Positions 1 to 11,303 of a DNA stretch of 48,265 nt are shown piece by piece. Numbering within the stretch: the stretch's first letter is position 1; each line of letters opens with the position of its first letter. The stretch is taken from the NCBI GenBank assembly GCA_000934665.2, contig JYFJ02000747.1, forward strand, positions 62,001 to 110,265. The letters are read 5' to 3'. The stretch comes from Catajapyx aquilonaris (taxonomy: Eukaryota). The position numbers and the translations under genes are program-made. Under the pieces are notes generated by a model. The model searched no databases. It saw only the letters and a list, made by a program, of their open reading frames with translations, and was not told the DNA's origin.

Positions 1-227
1 TCATTACAAAAATACAAAGTCCAAAGTAGCCGCCATATTGCTGCCGGTGTTGCCCAATTAACGTAGCAGCTAATAGTAGCTCATTATTTGATTAACTAAT
101 ATAGCAATCACTTCCGAGGCAATTTCTCTGCCATCTACCGGCGGAATCTAGAAGCTGATGTACAGTACCGTAATGCGACAATTAAATAAATAATAAGAGT
201 AATGTTTAATGCTGTTTTGACACCCAC

Positions 228-445
228 CGAAATGCCAATGGGTTCAGCCTTGATTGGGTCTGGTGGTTTGAAGACTTCTCCAACAGTGACTAAGACTTGT
301 CCCTTCCACTTAGGTTCCTTCTGGTCTCCTCCTGCAAAGACTGCCACTTCCACAGGAAACTTGAACCCTTCCGGAGTGCTCTCGTGCAGAAAGATTAGCA
401 CTTCCAATTCGAGTTTGTTGCCTGCCGAGTCCACAGAGGCATCCT
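228..445 (-). CDS. Exon J (last in window) of EGF/cadherin/repeat-module gene: (E)DASVDSAGNKLELEVLIFLHESTPEGFKFPVEVAVFAGGDQKEPKWKGQVLVTVGEVFKPPDPIKAEPIGIS
   Basis: Acceptor ctactatttccag|AG and donor TCG|gtgggt on the minus strand. Phase 1 start matches the phase 1 end of exon 2425-2587. Lies in ORF 135..434. The gene continues beyond the left edge. Confidence 0.85.
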
Positions 446-2424
446 CTGGAAATAGTAGAAGAGTGAGAGGTAGAATGGGGGAAAAAAAGAGATCACAGAT
501 CGAAGCTGCTCTCCGTTTGCATTTGGAACGGGATTAAAACTTATCGATTGGGTCATCACAAGGACCTCAGTGGAATCAACACATAATTACACTAACTTTA
601 ATCAAGTCCTATGGTACATGGATTCAATCAGTTGCTTTGCTACACAAAAACATTGGGTATCATTCGATTACACGGTTAGTGAAAACAGCCAGTAATCATT
701 TTTGAGCCACACAACCTATTCCTGTTGTATGCCCGGCAAACCCTCTAATACTCCGAAATAGGATTGAATTCCACTATTGACCGCAACAACGTCAATAAAA
801 ATGTGCACCGCTTGTGCATAGTTACAACACCCATATTGACATTTACGGTAGGTTACTATTCCCTATACTATAATTAGCCCAACCTAGCAGGTGACTGTGG
901 TCACTAAACAGCTCTCATTACATCCAACATAATTAACTATTTATTACGATCAGTGCCATAATGGAGCAGACAATACAACATTAAAACAATAGGAGGCGCC
1001 AACTTGAAGAAACCGAGATAAGAGAATAAAGAATTCCTGGCAGAGAATACTATTCTCCAGGTTTCCGATACGAAAGGGACGAATTCCCATTAAAAACGGC
1101 TTAAGAAGGATTTCTTTTCGAAGCTTCCTTTACTCCGTACTTATTATTCTGCTCATCCCATTGAATTTCGTTCAGTCCAACACGGACAATGAGAAAAGAA
1201 GGAAGGAAAAAAGAGGCAAAGACGTACTTGCAATACCCACTGGAAATATATAGAAAGATAGTAATAAATATGTATTATTATTTTACTTCACCTCCCACAC
1301 CACCCTTCTCCCTCCAGCTAATTAGTCCATTCCTGTCCTCATGTTTCCACTTTTCCTATCCTCTACATCTGGCCATGACCCTGTCCTTCTTCCAACCCTA
1401 TCTACCCCAACTTGACCCCCGGAGCGAGGGACCTGATAGTAGCTACGACTCCAACCCTTTCACTTTATTCTCTCTTCAATCCCACCTTATTGGTATAACT
1501 TTTATGGTCTAGGCTTGAAATAGTAGCTTCCCTGCATACTCTTTACAAGAAGTAAACAACACTGTACAGGAGAGACTCGTTATCTGCTAAAAAATCATGA
1601 CTTTAATGTTGGGTCTGTAATAAACATGCCGGCAGACATAATTAAAGTCAGTGTTATAACCCAGTCTCTTTCCTGTTGGTTGCACTGAATTATATGCAAA
1701 TGCGGGCCTGTAGTTGCAACGAAAATGTCCAGTTTGATATTGCAAAGATACTGTGGCAGGCCCAACCTTTGTGGCTTTTTATTCAAGCTCTCATAGAGTA
1801 GTAAATAACAAACAAAAATACACGTCAGTTTGAACCGTACGGTCCATTGTGTGAGTGCCCGTATGTATAAAGCTTTTCCCTTATGTAATCGCTGCCAGGT
1901 TAATTCAACGAGTTTGTGGGGATGAAACGGTCGCTCCATATCGTATGTGGGTCTGTATAGGTCAATGAGTGGGATTTATGTACAAAGACTAGCTAGGCTG
2001 TTATCTATTGTTTTTTGGGTCAGCCCTGTCCAGACAAGGCCGTTAGCACACACAAACAGTGATTCTCTGCGCTATTTGCACAGTTCCATTGTTTTTCGGT
2101 TTCAAATCAGAGGATTTTCGGAAATCAGCTGTGTCATGAGCTCCGCCTGTGACCACTGTTGTAAATGAAACATTGCGTTTTTCGAGCTCATACATGAATG
2201 CAGGCAAAAGCTCAGAGTTATGAATTAAATAATGAGCTATTTGAAGCCAGTACGAAAATAGGCAAGGCCACAGCTCCTAACAAAGGAACCAGTTGCCAAA
2301 TGTTCCTTTTAAAAAAATCATACGACAACCAGCTTACAACCGGGTTTAAACGCAACGTTAAAGACAAGTAAGAATTCATCTAATCTGGAAAGAAACCTCA
2401 GATTTGTTCAGAGTTCAGACTCAC

Positions 2425-2587
2425 CTCCGATTCGGTTCAGTAACGGGATGAAAAGTGTGCCCCTTGAGTCACTCCTGTCAGTTTGACTCCTGACAAAGGT
2501 CTGGCTGTACTGGCAGTTCGAGATCGGCATACAAAGGTAATTGTCGCCAAGAGACACCACACGAATGCTCGACACAGAGAAGATGTC
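2425..2587 (-). CDS. Exon I: DIFSVSSIRVVSLGDNYLCMPISNCQYSQTFVRSQTDRSDSRGTLFIPLLNRIG
   Basis: Acceptor ctctttgtttcag|GAC, donor GAG|gtgagt, 163 nt, phase 0 to 1, compatible with both neighbours. Confidence 0.88.
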
Positions 2588-2589
2588 CT

Positions 2590-2855
2590 GAAACAAAGAG
2601 AATTAGCAATACAATATCCATGTAGAACCACCACATTTCATTAGAAGGTAATTAGAAGAATTAGAAGGTAATATATTATAAGGAAATTAGCAGGTAATAT
2701 ATTATAAGGAAATTAGAAGGTAATATTATAAGGAAATTAGAAGGTAATATTATAAGGAAATTAGAAGGTAATATATTGTAAGGAAATTAGAAGGAAACAA
2801 AGAGAATTAGCAATTCAATATTCATGTAGAACCACCACATTTCATTAGAAGGTAA
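2590..2855. repeat. ~62-bp direct repeat pair (2590-2651, 2794-2855) enclosing a 24-26 bp minisatellite (attagaaggtaatatattataaggaa)
   Basis: gaaacaaagagaattagcaat...catttcattagaaggtaa occurs twice, with ~5-6 tandem units between the copies. Confidence 0.9.
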
Positions 2856-3289
2856 AGTTGAAACATCAGTCACATGCTTTAGAAACAACTGGTTTGTCAG
2901 CTGAATATTAGGCATGTCAACTTCTCACATTTGAACCCGAATTTTAAAAAACTAGGGGCCACAAAGGGAAAAACGACGAATAAAGTTGAGGTGTGGATGC
3001 TTTGATCTAAAATTAGGCAGCTGGGCTGTTCCGCTTTGCCTTTTACAGAAGCAACTAAGCGCCCTTTCATTTCATCAGCACTCTTTTATCTCCAGACAAA
3101 CGATAGTGGAGAGATAATTAGCTCAGCTTCCTGAGGGAGTCTATTCTGATTTTTTTTTTGGTGCAAAGCTCTGGACCGACAAGAGGAGGAAAAGGCTGGG
3201 ATTTAAAATCCTCCAGTGGTCCGGTCACAAAAAGTAATCCAGACAACAGCTGAAAATAACAGTAAATTTCAAATGTAAATAACAGTTAC

Positions 3290-3427
3290 CTGTACTCCAT
3301 CTGGATTGTACGCAGTGATGGTGACTGGAGTGGACGGATCAGTAATGGCTCCGTTTAAGCTGATAATCCCATAGTCATTCTGATTGACCGTACCGACTTC
3401 CGCCAAGTTGAACACATACAGGTAATC
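3290..3427 (-). CDS. Exon H: DYLYVFNLAEVGTVNQNDYGIISLNGAITDPSTPVTITAYNPDGVQ
   Basis: Acceptor ttctcctacccgcag|GAT, donor CAG|gtaact, 138 nt, phase 0-0. Confidence 0.88.
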
Positions 3428-4010
3428 CTGCGGGTAGGAGAACGGGGTGAAAAATATAAATAAAGGTAGTTTCGGTCCATTGGTCGCTCCTGACTCAAAT
3501 TGCATCAGGAGCGTCGAAAAACCGCTAGTTTCGTCGGGGCAAAATGGCCCGAGACCATGCGGTTACATCCATCACTGAGGATTACCGCGTCCGGACGGTT
3601 ATGTCCTTTTTCACAGAGCGTTGTCACGTGGTGTGATACGGGCTATCGGATGGTATTGAATTCAATTGCGATGGTGTCAATGAGGCGGATTAGACCACGC
3701 GATTCAATTGATATCCATCTAGCTGTGATTGATGCCGTTATTAATTAAGGGTTGTCGTAAATACTTGCTATGTAAATATTTCAGGCAGATCGCAGATGAA
3801 AAATTCCGCTGTCATTACTATAGATCCTGCGTGAACTCGGGTGGCCTATTTCCATAATCGCTTTACTAGGAACAATCGAGTATTGGTTTCGCGGGCATTT
3901 TTCGGAGCACCCCCATCCATCTCCTGTCTCATATTCAACTGGTAAATATTCAATATCTGTCACAGGCGATATCATCCTGCTCGAATCAAGATCAAAAAAA
4001 AAATGCTGAC

Positions 4011-4223
4011 CTGCTGTGCTGGTTTCCTGGGTGTGACCTGATCACGACCAAGCCACACTTGGGTCTCTCCAAAGACAATTCCAACTGTGATGGTCTGGGG
4101 CTGGTCGAATGTCACATTGGCGTTGACAACAATAGCGTCAAACACAATGACGATCTTGCTTCCGTCGCTTGCTCCATCACCGCTATTAGTAACTTTCCCA
4201 ATGTTGAATACCGCCTTGTCATA
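4011..4223 (-). CDS. Exon G: YDKAVFNIGKVTNSGDGASDGSKIVIVFDAIVVNANVTFDQPQTITVGIVFGETQVWLGRDQVTPRKPAQQ
   Basis: Acceptor ttgttattttcag|TAT, donor CAG|gtcagc, 213 nt, phase 0-0, beta-strand-like alternating hydrophobicity. Confidence 0.9.
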
Positions 4224-5181
4224 CTGAAAATAACAATGCAAGTCTGAATTAAAGGCAAATTAATTACAGCAGTGTGCTAGGAAATCCAACAAAGCTGAAA
4301 TTGCCCCCCCTCTTTGAGTTTCTGACTTTCTCGCATTAATTCATAGGAGTTCCCTCAAGTAAGTTTCATTACCTGAATACTTCGCGACGAAGAATACAAG
4401 CCTGTTGACTTAACCCAAGCTCGAGACACTTGATCAAAATTTCTCTCTTTCACCCAAATTAATGAGGTTCTACTCCATTATGCAGGGTGGATATTGGACG
4501 TAACATTACCCAGCACACAGCACACTGGAAATTCCAAGACTTCCTGGACCCAGAATTGCTTAAGATAAACGGGGAAACGGTTCAAAGGAGACTTGATTAC
4601 ATTGCTCTTGCTCCGGACTTACACATAATCATACACATAAATCTGGAATACTATTGACATCATTCAACCTGGGGGCAAAGCTTTATTAGGCTCGTTGCTA
4701 ATTTAATACTGCTTAATACTCTCAGTCGGAAGAGTTTGGGCCCAGTTTTTGGCCTGAATGCAAGCTCAACAAGGAGGTGACGCTTTTTGGAAGGGAGCGG
4801 AATAGGTAATTGGAAGAGTTGTTTTCGCCCTTGGGAAGAAGAAGCGTCATTGATTTTCTTGAAGATTCTTTATTAAATCATGGAATATTCACGAACTGGG
4901 TTTAGATGTGCCCGGGCTTATCCTGACTGTTCAACCCTTTCCCGTTCGCAGGGATGCCTAACTGTCAGGATGAAACTTGAGGGAATACAAACAACCCCTT
5001 ATCATCAAAACTCCAATGGTCATCAGACACATTCGTACTATCATGAATCGCCGTAACTAAAGTAGTGTTGATAAACTTGACCAAGATTAACATCGTCCTT
5101 TACTCACAAGTCAGTTCAATTTTTTTGTCACCGGTCCAACCTGGCCCCATTCTCTGAAACCAGTTCTATAGAGTGTCTCAC

Positions 5182-5484
5182 CACAGTTGGGAAGAAGCCA
5201 TTGGCGACCATCTGCGGCCTAAGCCCCATCAGATCAGGCGTTGCCTGCGAGGTGACATCCTGGCCCACGTACTCGATCCTGGGTCCGCAGATGGCGAAGG
5301 ACGTGGCACCGGATTCGGGATCGCTGCTGAACACCTCTACCCGGAAATCTGCGGCCGACGCCTCCGGAACGGCCGGCACAATCATCTCCAGACGGTAAGA
5401 GAGACGCTCCCCGACGCCAGCCTCCAATTTGCTCGTTGTTTGCGTCAAGGAGACCCCCTTCCAGGTGCCACCCCCTGATGGAGC
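5182..5484 (-). CDS. Exon F: APSGGGTWKGVSLTQTTSKLEAGVGERLSYRLEMIVPAVPEASAADFRVEVFSSDPESGATSFAICGPRIEYVGQDVTSQATPDLMGLRPQMVANGFFPTV
   Basis: GC-rich island. Acceptor ctaaatcttaaag|GCT (in frame), donor GTG|gtgaga, 303 nt, phase 0-0. Confidence 0.88.
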
Positions 5485-5657
5485 CTTTAAGATTTAGGAG
5501 CGGATGCTTTTAAGCCAAATGCCTAATTACACCTGGGTACTAGAGGGCTTGACTTATAGCGGTGCTTTAGTGGGGAAGAAGAAAATGCACTGTGATTCAT
5601 GTTCTGACTTGGATATATATGAGAGCCTTCTCTGGCGGGAGAGGGCCGTTTTCTTGC

Positions 5658-5759
5658 CCTTGAAATGTAACCGTTGCGTCCTTGAAAGTAACGGTCGCGT
5701 CCTTGAGAGTAACGGTCACATCCTTGAGAGTAACGGTCAATTCAATGTAACGGTCACAA
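5658..5759. repeat. Intronic ~21-bp minisatellite (ccttgagagtaacggtcgcgt), ~5 degenerate copies
   Basis: Tandem units are visible and explain the repetitive LESNG peptide of ORF 5504..5794. Confidence 0.85.
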
Positions 5760-5877
5760 TCAAATCGAGATTTCTGGTCGCTGTCCAGTTGTGAAAAATT
5801 ATAAGTTTCCTACTCCAAGTCATAACATGCAGTAGCAATCTTTTCGTACGTGTCATGCAGGGTAGGAAGATGCCTAC

Positions 5878-6032
5878 CTGTCGCTTGGCACGTCCAGGAT
5901 GGGTTTTCCCAGCGAAGAAGGACTTGAGCCAAATTGATCCACGATCCAATATGCTTTTCTTTTCTTCGACGTGGATCGTGACGTCCACGAAATCGCTGTT
6001 GGTGAAGTTGCTGCCACGTCCCGTAACGAGAC
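5878..6032 (-). CDS. Exon E: (G)LVTGRGSNFTNSDFVDVTIHVEEKKSILDRGSIWLKSFFAGKTHPGRAKRQ; end of cadherin domain plus furin-type RAKR site
   Basis: Donor CAG|gtaggc. Acceptor gggacag|GT was chosen because it gives phase 1, matching exon D, though its pyrimidine tract is weak. VDVTIHV resembles the last cadherin strand. Confidence 0.8.
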
Positions 6033-7252
6033 CTGTCCCGTTCAAACAACTGTTTCAATTTCTTCCTTTTCACTCCATTTGAGAGGCAGGGTTGGCGTAC
6101 AGTGCTAGGTTGCGTTAAGAACTGGGACATTGAGGTGTAACAGAGTGTCAAAAATCTGCAGGCCATGGGACAATATTTCATTGCATGTGACATTTTTTTA
6201 AAATGAAACATTTGACTGGTTGAAAGCAGGCGGATTTTTGACATGTTCTGCGCATAAAAACACGGGTATATTTCTAGAGATTACACTTGCTGCGGGGCTC
6301 AAAAGCTGGCTACAGGTACAGTTTCCTATATACTATAAAACGGGCGGTCCCAAAAGCCTGCTAGCTATTTCATCCACTCGGCTTTTTTTTCTGCCTGTAA
6401 TAGAAATTACTCGCACACCATTACCTTTGATAATTCCCTGATGGCGAAACTGATAAATTGGACCATATGTGAACTTCCCACTCGAAATTAGGCTTGGTGA
6501 CCTACGACCTACATCTGTGCACCGAATTGGGTTCCGCAACGGTTTGCTAATCAAAATCATGTGTTTGGCTAACTTTAAAGTAGGAACAACAATCTGTAAT
6601 AGTGATTTCAAGTTTCATTTCAGTAAGTGACCCATAGAGCTGCAGGGTTCGAGATTTTAAAACTTATTTCTGCTTCGCTACCAAGGCTTACAGCTAAGCC
6701 TGCACATCATTTGATATGCCAGTAACGTGAAGCGGTTAAGCCTAAAAGTATTTTTTAATTCAAAAGAAAATCGATTTGTACTTATGCACTTAGAATCTCC
6801 GGCTTACAACTACACGGGCCGAAATTCGGTACAAAAATCTCCCAGCTTGGGAAAATTTCCATCTGCAGCTTTTGTTCCGTTTAAAATGCCCGCCTGCTTA
6901 CATCCTTGCTTCGTGACCTCATCAAGTCTAGCAAAGGGGCAGCTACCTCATTATAACCTTAAGTCATCCTGCTTGAAATACGAGGCTACGTGCCCATTAC
7001 GTGTTACTCGCAGTTAGAACCCACTTACCACAACCTTGATTACGGCCTGCAAATTCCTGATGACGTTCTAATGTGTTTATCGATTCAATCTGAACCACTT
7101 ATCTTCAATAAAATTATGGTTCATAGGGGAGATCACATTTTCACGCTGTATCCAAATTGCAAAATTCAGCTTTTAACTGGTTTTTACAAATCCCTGGAGC
7201 AACCTAGACTCACGCAACCTGCCTATTATTTTTTAGAGTCATTCTAACGTAC

Positions 7253-7477
7253 CTGAAACTTGGAGTCTGATCCGGTAATCAGCACCGGAAATCAATCGCT
7301 GTCCTTCTCTCAGGAACACGTCACCTGTTTCCTCATCGATTCGGAAGAGGTTCTGGTGGAACCCTCCCACGATGATGTAGCGGGTAACAGCGCAGGGACA
7401 CGTACTGGCCTCCCCTGGACCCAACGGACAGGTCAAACCCAGGTCATCGTCAGAGGCCTCCACTCGCAACAGTACGC
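7253..7477 (-). CDS. Exon D: core of cadherin domain (G)VLLRVEASDDDLGLTCPLGPGEASTCPCAVTRYIIVGGFHQNLFRIDEETGDVFLREGQRLISGADYRIRLQVS
   Basis: Acceptor aacttctctag|GC, donor TCAG|gtacgt, phase 1-1. Cadherin motifs V.A.D.D.G, Y.I..G, F.ID..TG.V, Y.I.L.V. Confidence 0.92.
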
Positions 7478-7573
7478 CTAGAGAAGTTACAGTAGTTGTC
7501 GTCAAACATTTTACAGTTGTTACCGAGAGATGACGTGAAGCTGTCTGGAGGGGGGGGGGNGGGGGTCCACAAG

Positions 7574-7895
7574 TCGGAGGTCCTCTACTGTCTACTCGGA
7601 GGTGCACCACTCCACTCAGAGAGGTTCTACTCGGAGATGCTCTACTCGGAGGTACTCCACTCTGAAGTGCACCACTCCACTCGGAGGTGCATTACTCGGA
7701 GGTGCACCACTCCACTCGGAGATGCTCTACTCGGAGGTACTCTACTCGGAGGTGCACCACGCCACTCGGAGGTGCACCACGCCACTCGGAGGTGCACCAC
7801 GCCACTCGGAGGTGCACCACGACACTCGGAGGTGCTCTACTCATCGGAGGTGCATTACTCGGAGGTGCTCTACTTGGAGGTGCATCACTCGGAGG
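7574..7895. repeat. Minisatellite of mixed 15-bp and 20-bp units sharing core ACTCGGAGGTG
   Basis: Units actcggaggtgctct/gcatt (15 bp) and actcggaggtgcaccacgcc (20 bp). They create the spurious ORFs at 7496-8190. Confidence 0.95.
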
Positions 7896-8575
7896 CAGAT
7901 TATTTAAGCAGGAGGGGCCTATTGGTTGGGCAACACCTCTACGAGGAGGTGGGGTCCAGATATGCCCTATACGTGTACGTAGTTGGAGGGGTGCACTTGT
8001 AGCAAGTCGTGTTGCAGCCCCAGTCGATGCTACTGGAACTCGTGTTTACTTTCCCACAAACACGACCCTGGTGATGTTCTATAGACAGGTCTACAGCAGT
8101 CAAATGAGTCAGGCTCTCTCACCCAATCTAGCGTATTACCTCCCAGCTCGTCTCATTCCTAATCAGCAACTCCTCTCATTAAAGCCTTGACCAATCTTCG
8201 CCAATTAGCATTTTCCCATCGTCATCTAATAGTCCCTCAATCTTCTTCCCTCAAAAAGCCCGACTGCACTGCAGTTTCCGCAATATGTACCTTGCTCCTC
8301 GCGGGTCTAATCATGAGGTCTTCTATACCCATCCACGTGGCCCAGTTACCCCTCCTCTGAAGACCCAACAAGACGGCCTCATCACTTCACCAGGGATCAA
8401 TATGGGGAACGCCCAAATTTCCACAAAATTACCTCCTTAATTACGAACCCGGCTGCGAGCACGGTTTATATCCTGCCCTGCCTTTACCGACCCAGATTTC
8501 TTAGATGACTTGGGTGCATAGGGGCGGAGATTCGTTAGTCCAAAATTTTCTGTGACACTGTCATGGCAGCCTTAC

Positions 8576-8641
8576 CTGAAGCCTTGGTTGGAATCACATA
8601 GTAGGGTTCACTTGCAAGGAAGCGGGGCCGGTACATGTCGA
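8576..8641 (-). CDS. Exon C: (V)DMYRPRFLASEPYYVIPTKAS(G); start of cadherin domain
   Basis: Acceptor ttctttctctatttcag|TC, donor TCAG|gtaagg, 66 nt, phase 1-1. PxF...Y motif typical of a cadherin repeat start. Confidence 0.88.
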
Positions 8642-11130
8642 CTGAAATAGAGAAAGAACATGGATTGATGGATGGTTCCGTGGCTTTTGGATTGCACACA
8701 CATAGAGCCCCCTTTTCACTCGGATTTCTCGACACCATCAATTACAAGGCAGATAAGAGAGAGGGGGGTTTGGAGCTTGCTTGGGGAAACGGATTAGGAA
8801 GTCTGCAGGCTTCAGAGACAGCGAACGGCGCTTGAGAGTCAGAACCTTATCCGAGTCTGTATGCCAAGTCTGTCACTCCGTCAGACTCGGTTAACAAACG
8901 GCTGAATTATCCCCATGCATTACAGCGGCTCATTTATTAAGCGTCGCCGAGCGTGTCAGAAGTTATGTGTCACATCTAACATTGCGATAGACTAAGGATT
9001 CGAATTAAAGGTTATGCTACCGGTACGCCGGTACCCCAAGTGTGACGTAATTTATGAACGCACCTCATTCATAAATAACGTAAGTTACGACACTTTTGCA
9101 TGAGACCACAAAATTCTGAATGCATGAATTGGTATAAATGGAGGGAGTCACGCACTTGAGAGAATGTAACGTACACAAAAATCCATACCCTCCTAGCTGT
9201 AATTCAAATGAGCCCCATTTTCCCAGGCCCCCTAAATTCCACAGAATTCAATCAATGACCTGCGAAAAGCGGCAGAAATTGGTCGCATTAACATTTTCCA
9301 GTCCCGAAACCGTTGCGTGTGTTACTGCAAAATCCACGTTTCAGTGAATCTACTTGTAAAATGCTAATGCGGATAATCCTAGGGGGGATGTAGCTCTAAA
9401 ATATGGCTACATCGAGACTACTTCTGGCGCAGATACCCTCTAAATCATGAATTCGTTATCGGCCTTGCAGTTTCGCGCCAAAAAAAATCGCCATTACTTC
9501 TTTTTTTTCGAGGTTGTATATGGCTCTATACACATTATATGAGAGGTAAAGTGAATTTTTTTTTTCACTTTGTTGGTGTTTTTGCCAGTTTTAAAAATAA
9601 TTTGCTTATTCAAGTATTAATTCAGTATAAATGATACAATTATAAGCGGCATATTATTTGATTAATTTGAATAATCATTCATCTATTATTATTGATTTAC
9701 ATTACTGTGTGTAAAATATGTTATAAATTATGAAATGATTAATGCTCCTATTAGTTAGAAAATACGTTACATTCGGCTACGAATATTAAAAATCGTAATT
9801 AACACTCACATTTTATGTACAAAATGCGGCCACTTTATTTTCATAGAAGTAAAAAATATTTGCACTCATAATTTATGTGTCGTCACCATTTCTGTCACTT
9901 ATAATCTTGCCCAAACTTGAACCAATCGGAGCAGAGGGTGTATACCAGTATGTCATAGCATTACGCAATGGTAGTGACATTTCGTGCAGCAATGTGCATC
10001 ATTATTGGCAGTTCCCCAATAATTAAATCCGTACTTTCCACCTCGGAAAAAAAGTTTCCTAGTTACTAATTCCTGCATCATTTGTTTAAGGGTATGTTTT
10101 CTGTCCAAGCAGTACAGTCGGATCGATGATGTTTTCATTAGCGCAAGCAATTAGCATTTCAACACGATCACAACGCATTGCAACAACCCCTACTGAGATT
10201 TCCCTATCAAATCACTTAATTTTTTTATAAATACAATTATTAAAATTTTTGGCCCCGATCTTGGCACATTTGCATGGCATCACGAATATCACCCCCGGAT
10301 TGATCTGGCCCCTGGTAAAATATGTCTCTCCGGAAAAAGAGTGCGAAACTAACCCTAAAGCACGCAGCCACAACTATTCTGCTCCTGAGGCAGGGTGGTC
10401 ACGCAGAAGGCTGCTTGGACCAGAAAAAAATGTCTGCATAGTTCCATCTCTCCCGGAGCACAACCAACATCCCCCACTTCATGCAACTCAGACCTAGAAC
10501 GTGACTACCGGAATTTTTGCCTCAGGACTATACCACGTTTTCGTGCCTGGGACCAGCTACGTGGATATAAAAAGTAGAACCCCCATTTGGTTCCATCTGG
10601 TTCTATTCAATTGAATTATATTTTAACATAGCTGTTAATTACATGGCATCAACGTGAATCTTGAGTAAACTATGGCTTTAACTGAAACAAACAGTGTCGG
10701 AAGTTGAAGTGTAGCTTCGTCTTCTCTGTAGCTGAGAGCAGTTTGTTAAACCGTAGATAGTGCCTTCCTGAGCACACATCCGCTGTTTGTGCAACTATAC
10801 TCCGGTAGATAACGCTCGTGAATTTGTTTTGCACTTTTGGCACCTTCAAAACAGCGTCGGTGCTGGGTTTCAACGCCAGTCAAAACATTCTAATTTCGTA
10901 GTTTCCAGCACCCTTCTCGACGGAATAACAAACCTGTTGATTCGCACACACACACGCACAAAGTTGATAAGTTTCAGCCTCATGCAACATGGATGAATTT
11001 ATTTTCCAGTTTCCGGTTTTTAGTGAATAATGTATGTGGTCTTAACTCGGTTACTGGAGTAAGTTCAAAGATAAACTTGCATTTTCTCACCACATTTTGG
11101 TCGGTGTAATCCCATACGTCATTAATGCTA

Positions 11131-11260
11131 CAGTACCTTACACCAAAGAACGATCTGACGTCACCTGGCTCTTCCCTCCTATCCTGTCCCCGAATCTGCT
11201 GCGCATGCTCAGAAAACAAGGCTGCTGTGACGTCAGATCGTTCTCTCGTTTAAAGGACTG
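11131..11260. mobile_element. Tc1/mariner-like MITE (130 bp)
   Basis: TA on both sides (11129-30, 11261-62), CAGT...ACTG termini, ~35-bp imperfect TIRs containing agaacgatctgacgtcac / gtgacgtcagatcgttct. Confidence 0.75.
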
Positions 11261-11303
11261 TAGTAAGTATGGCTAGGAGTCTAGTGATACAAATGGTACT
11301 CAC

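Noticed and set aside
1595..1939. 114-aa minus-strand ORF inside the I-J intron
   Set aside because: No convincing splice pair or recognisable motif. Exons I and J already join in phase and fit the repeat alignment.
5474..5476. Alternative acceptor ccatcag|GG for exon F
   Set aside because: It gives phase 1, incompatible with the phase-0 donor at 5878. The acceptor 10 nt upstream (5484) is in frame.
7574..7895. Possible CRISPR-like array
   Set aside because: No unique spacers, contiguous tandem units, eukaryotic intron and no cas genes.
7496..8190. Three overlapping long plus-strand ORFs
   Set aside because: They are translations of the 15/20-bp minisatellite.
9383..9415. GGGGATGTAGCTC resembles a tRNA-Ala 5' end
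   Set aside because: No D-, anticodon- or T-arm follows. Only a short local hairpin (gatgtagc/gctacatc).
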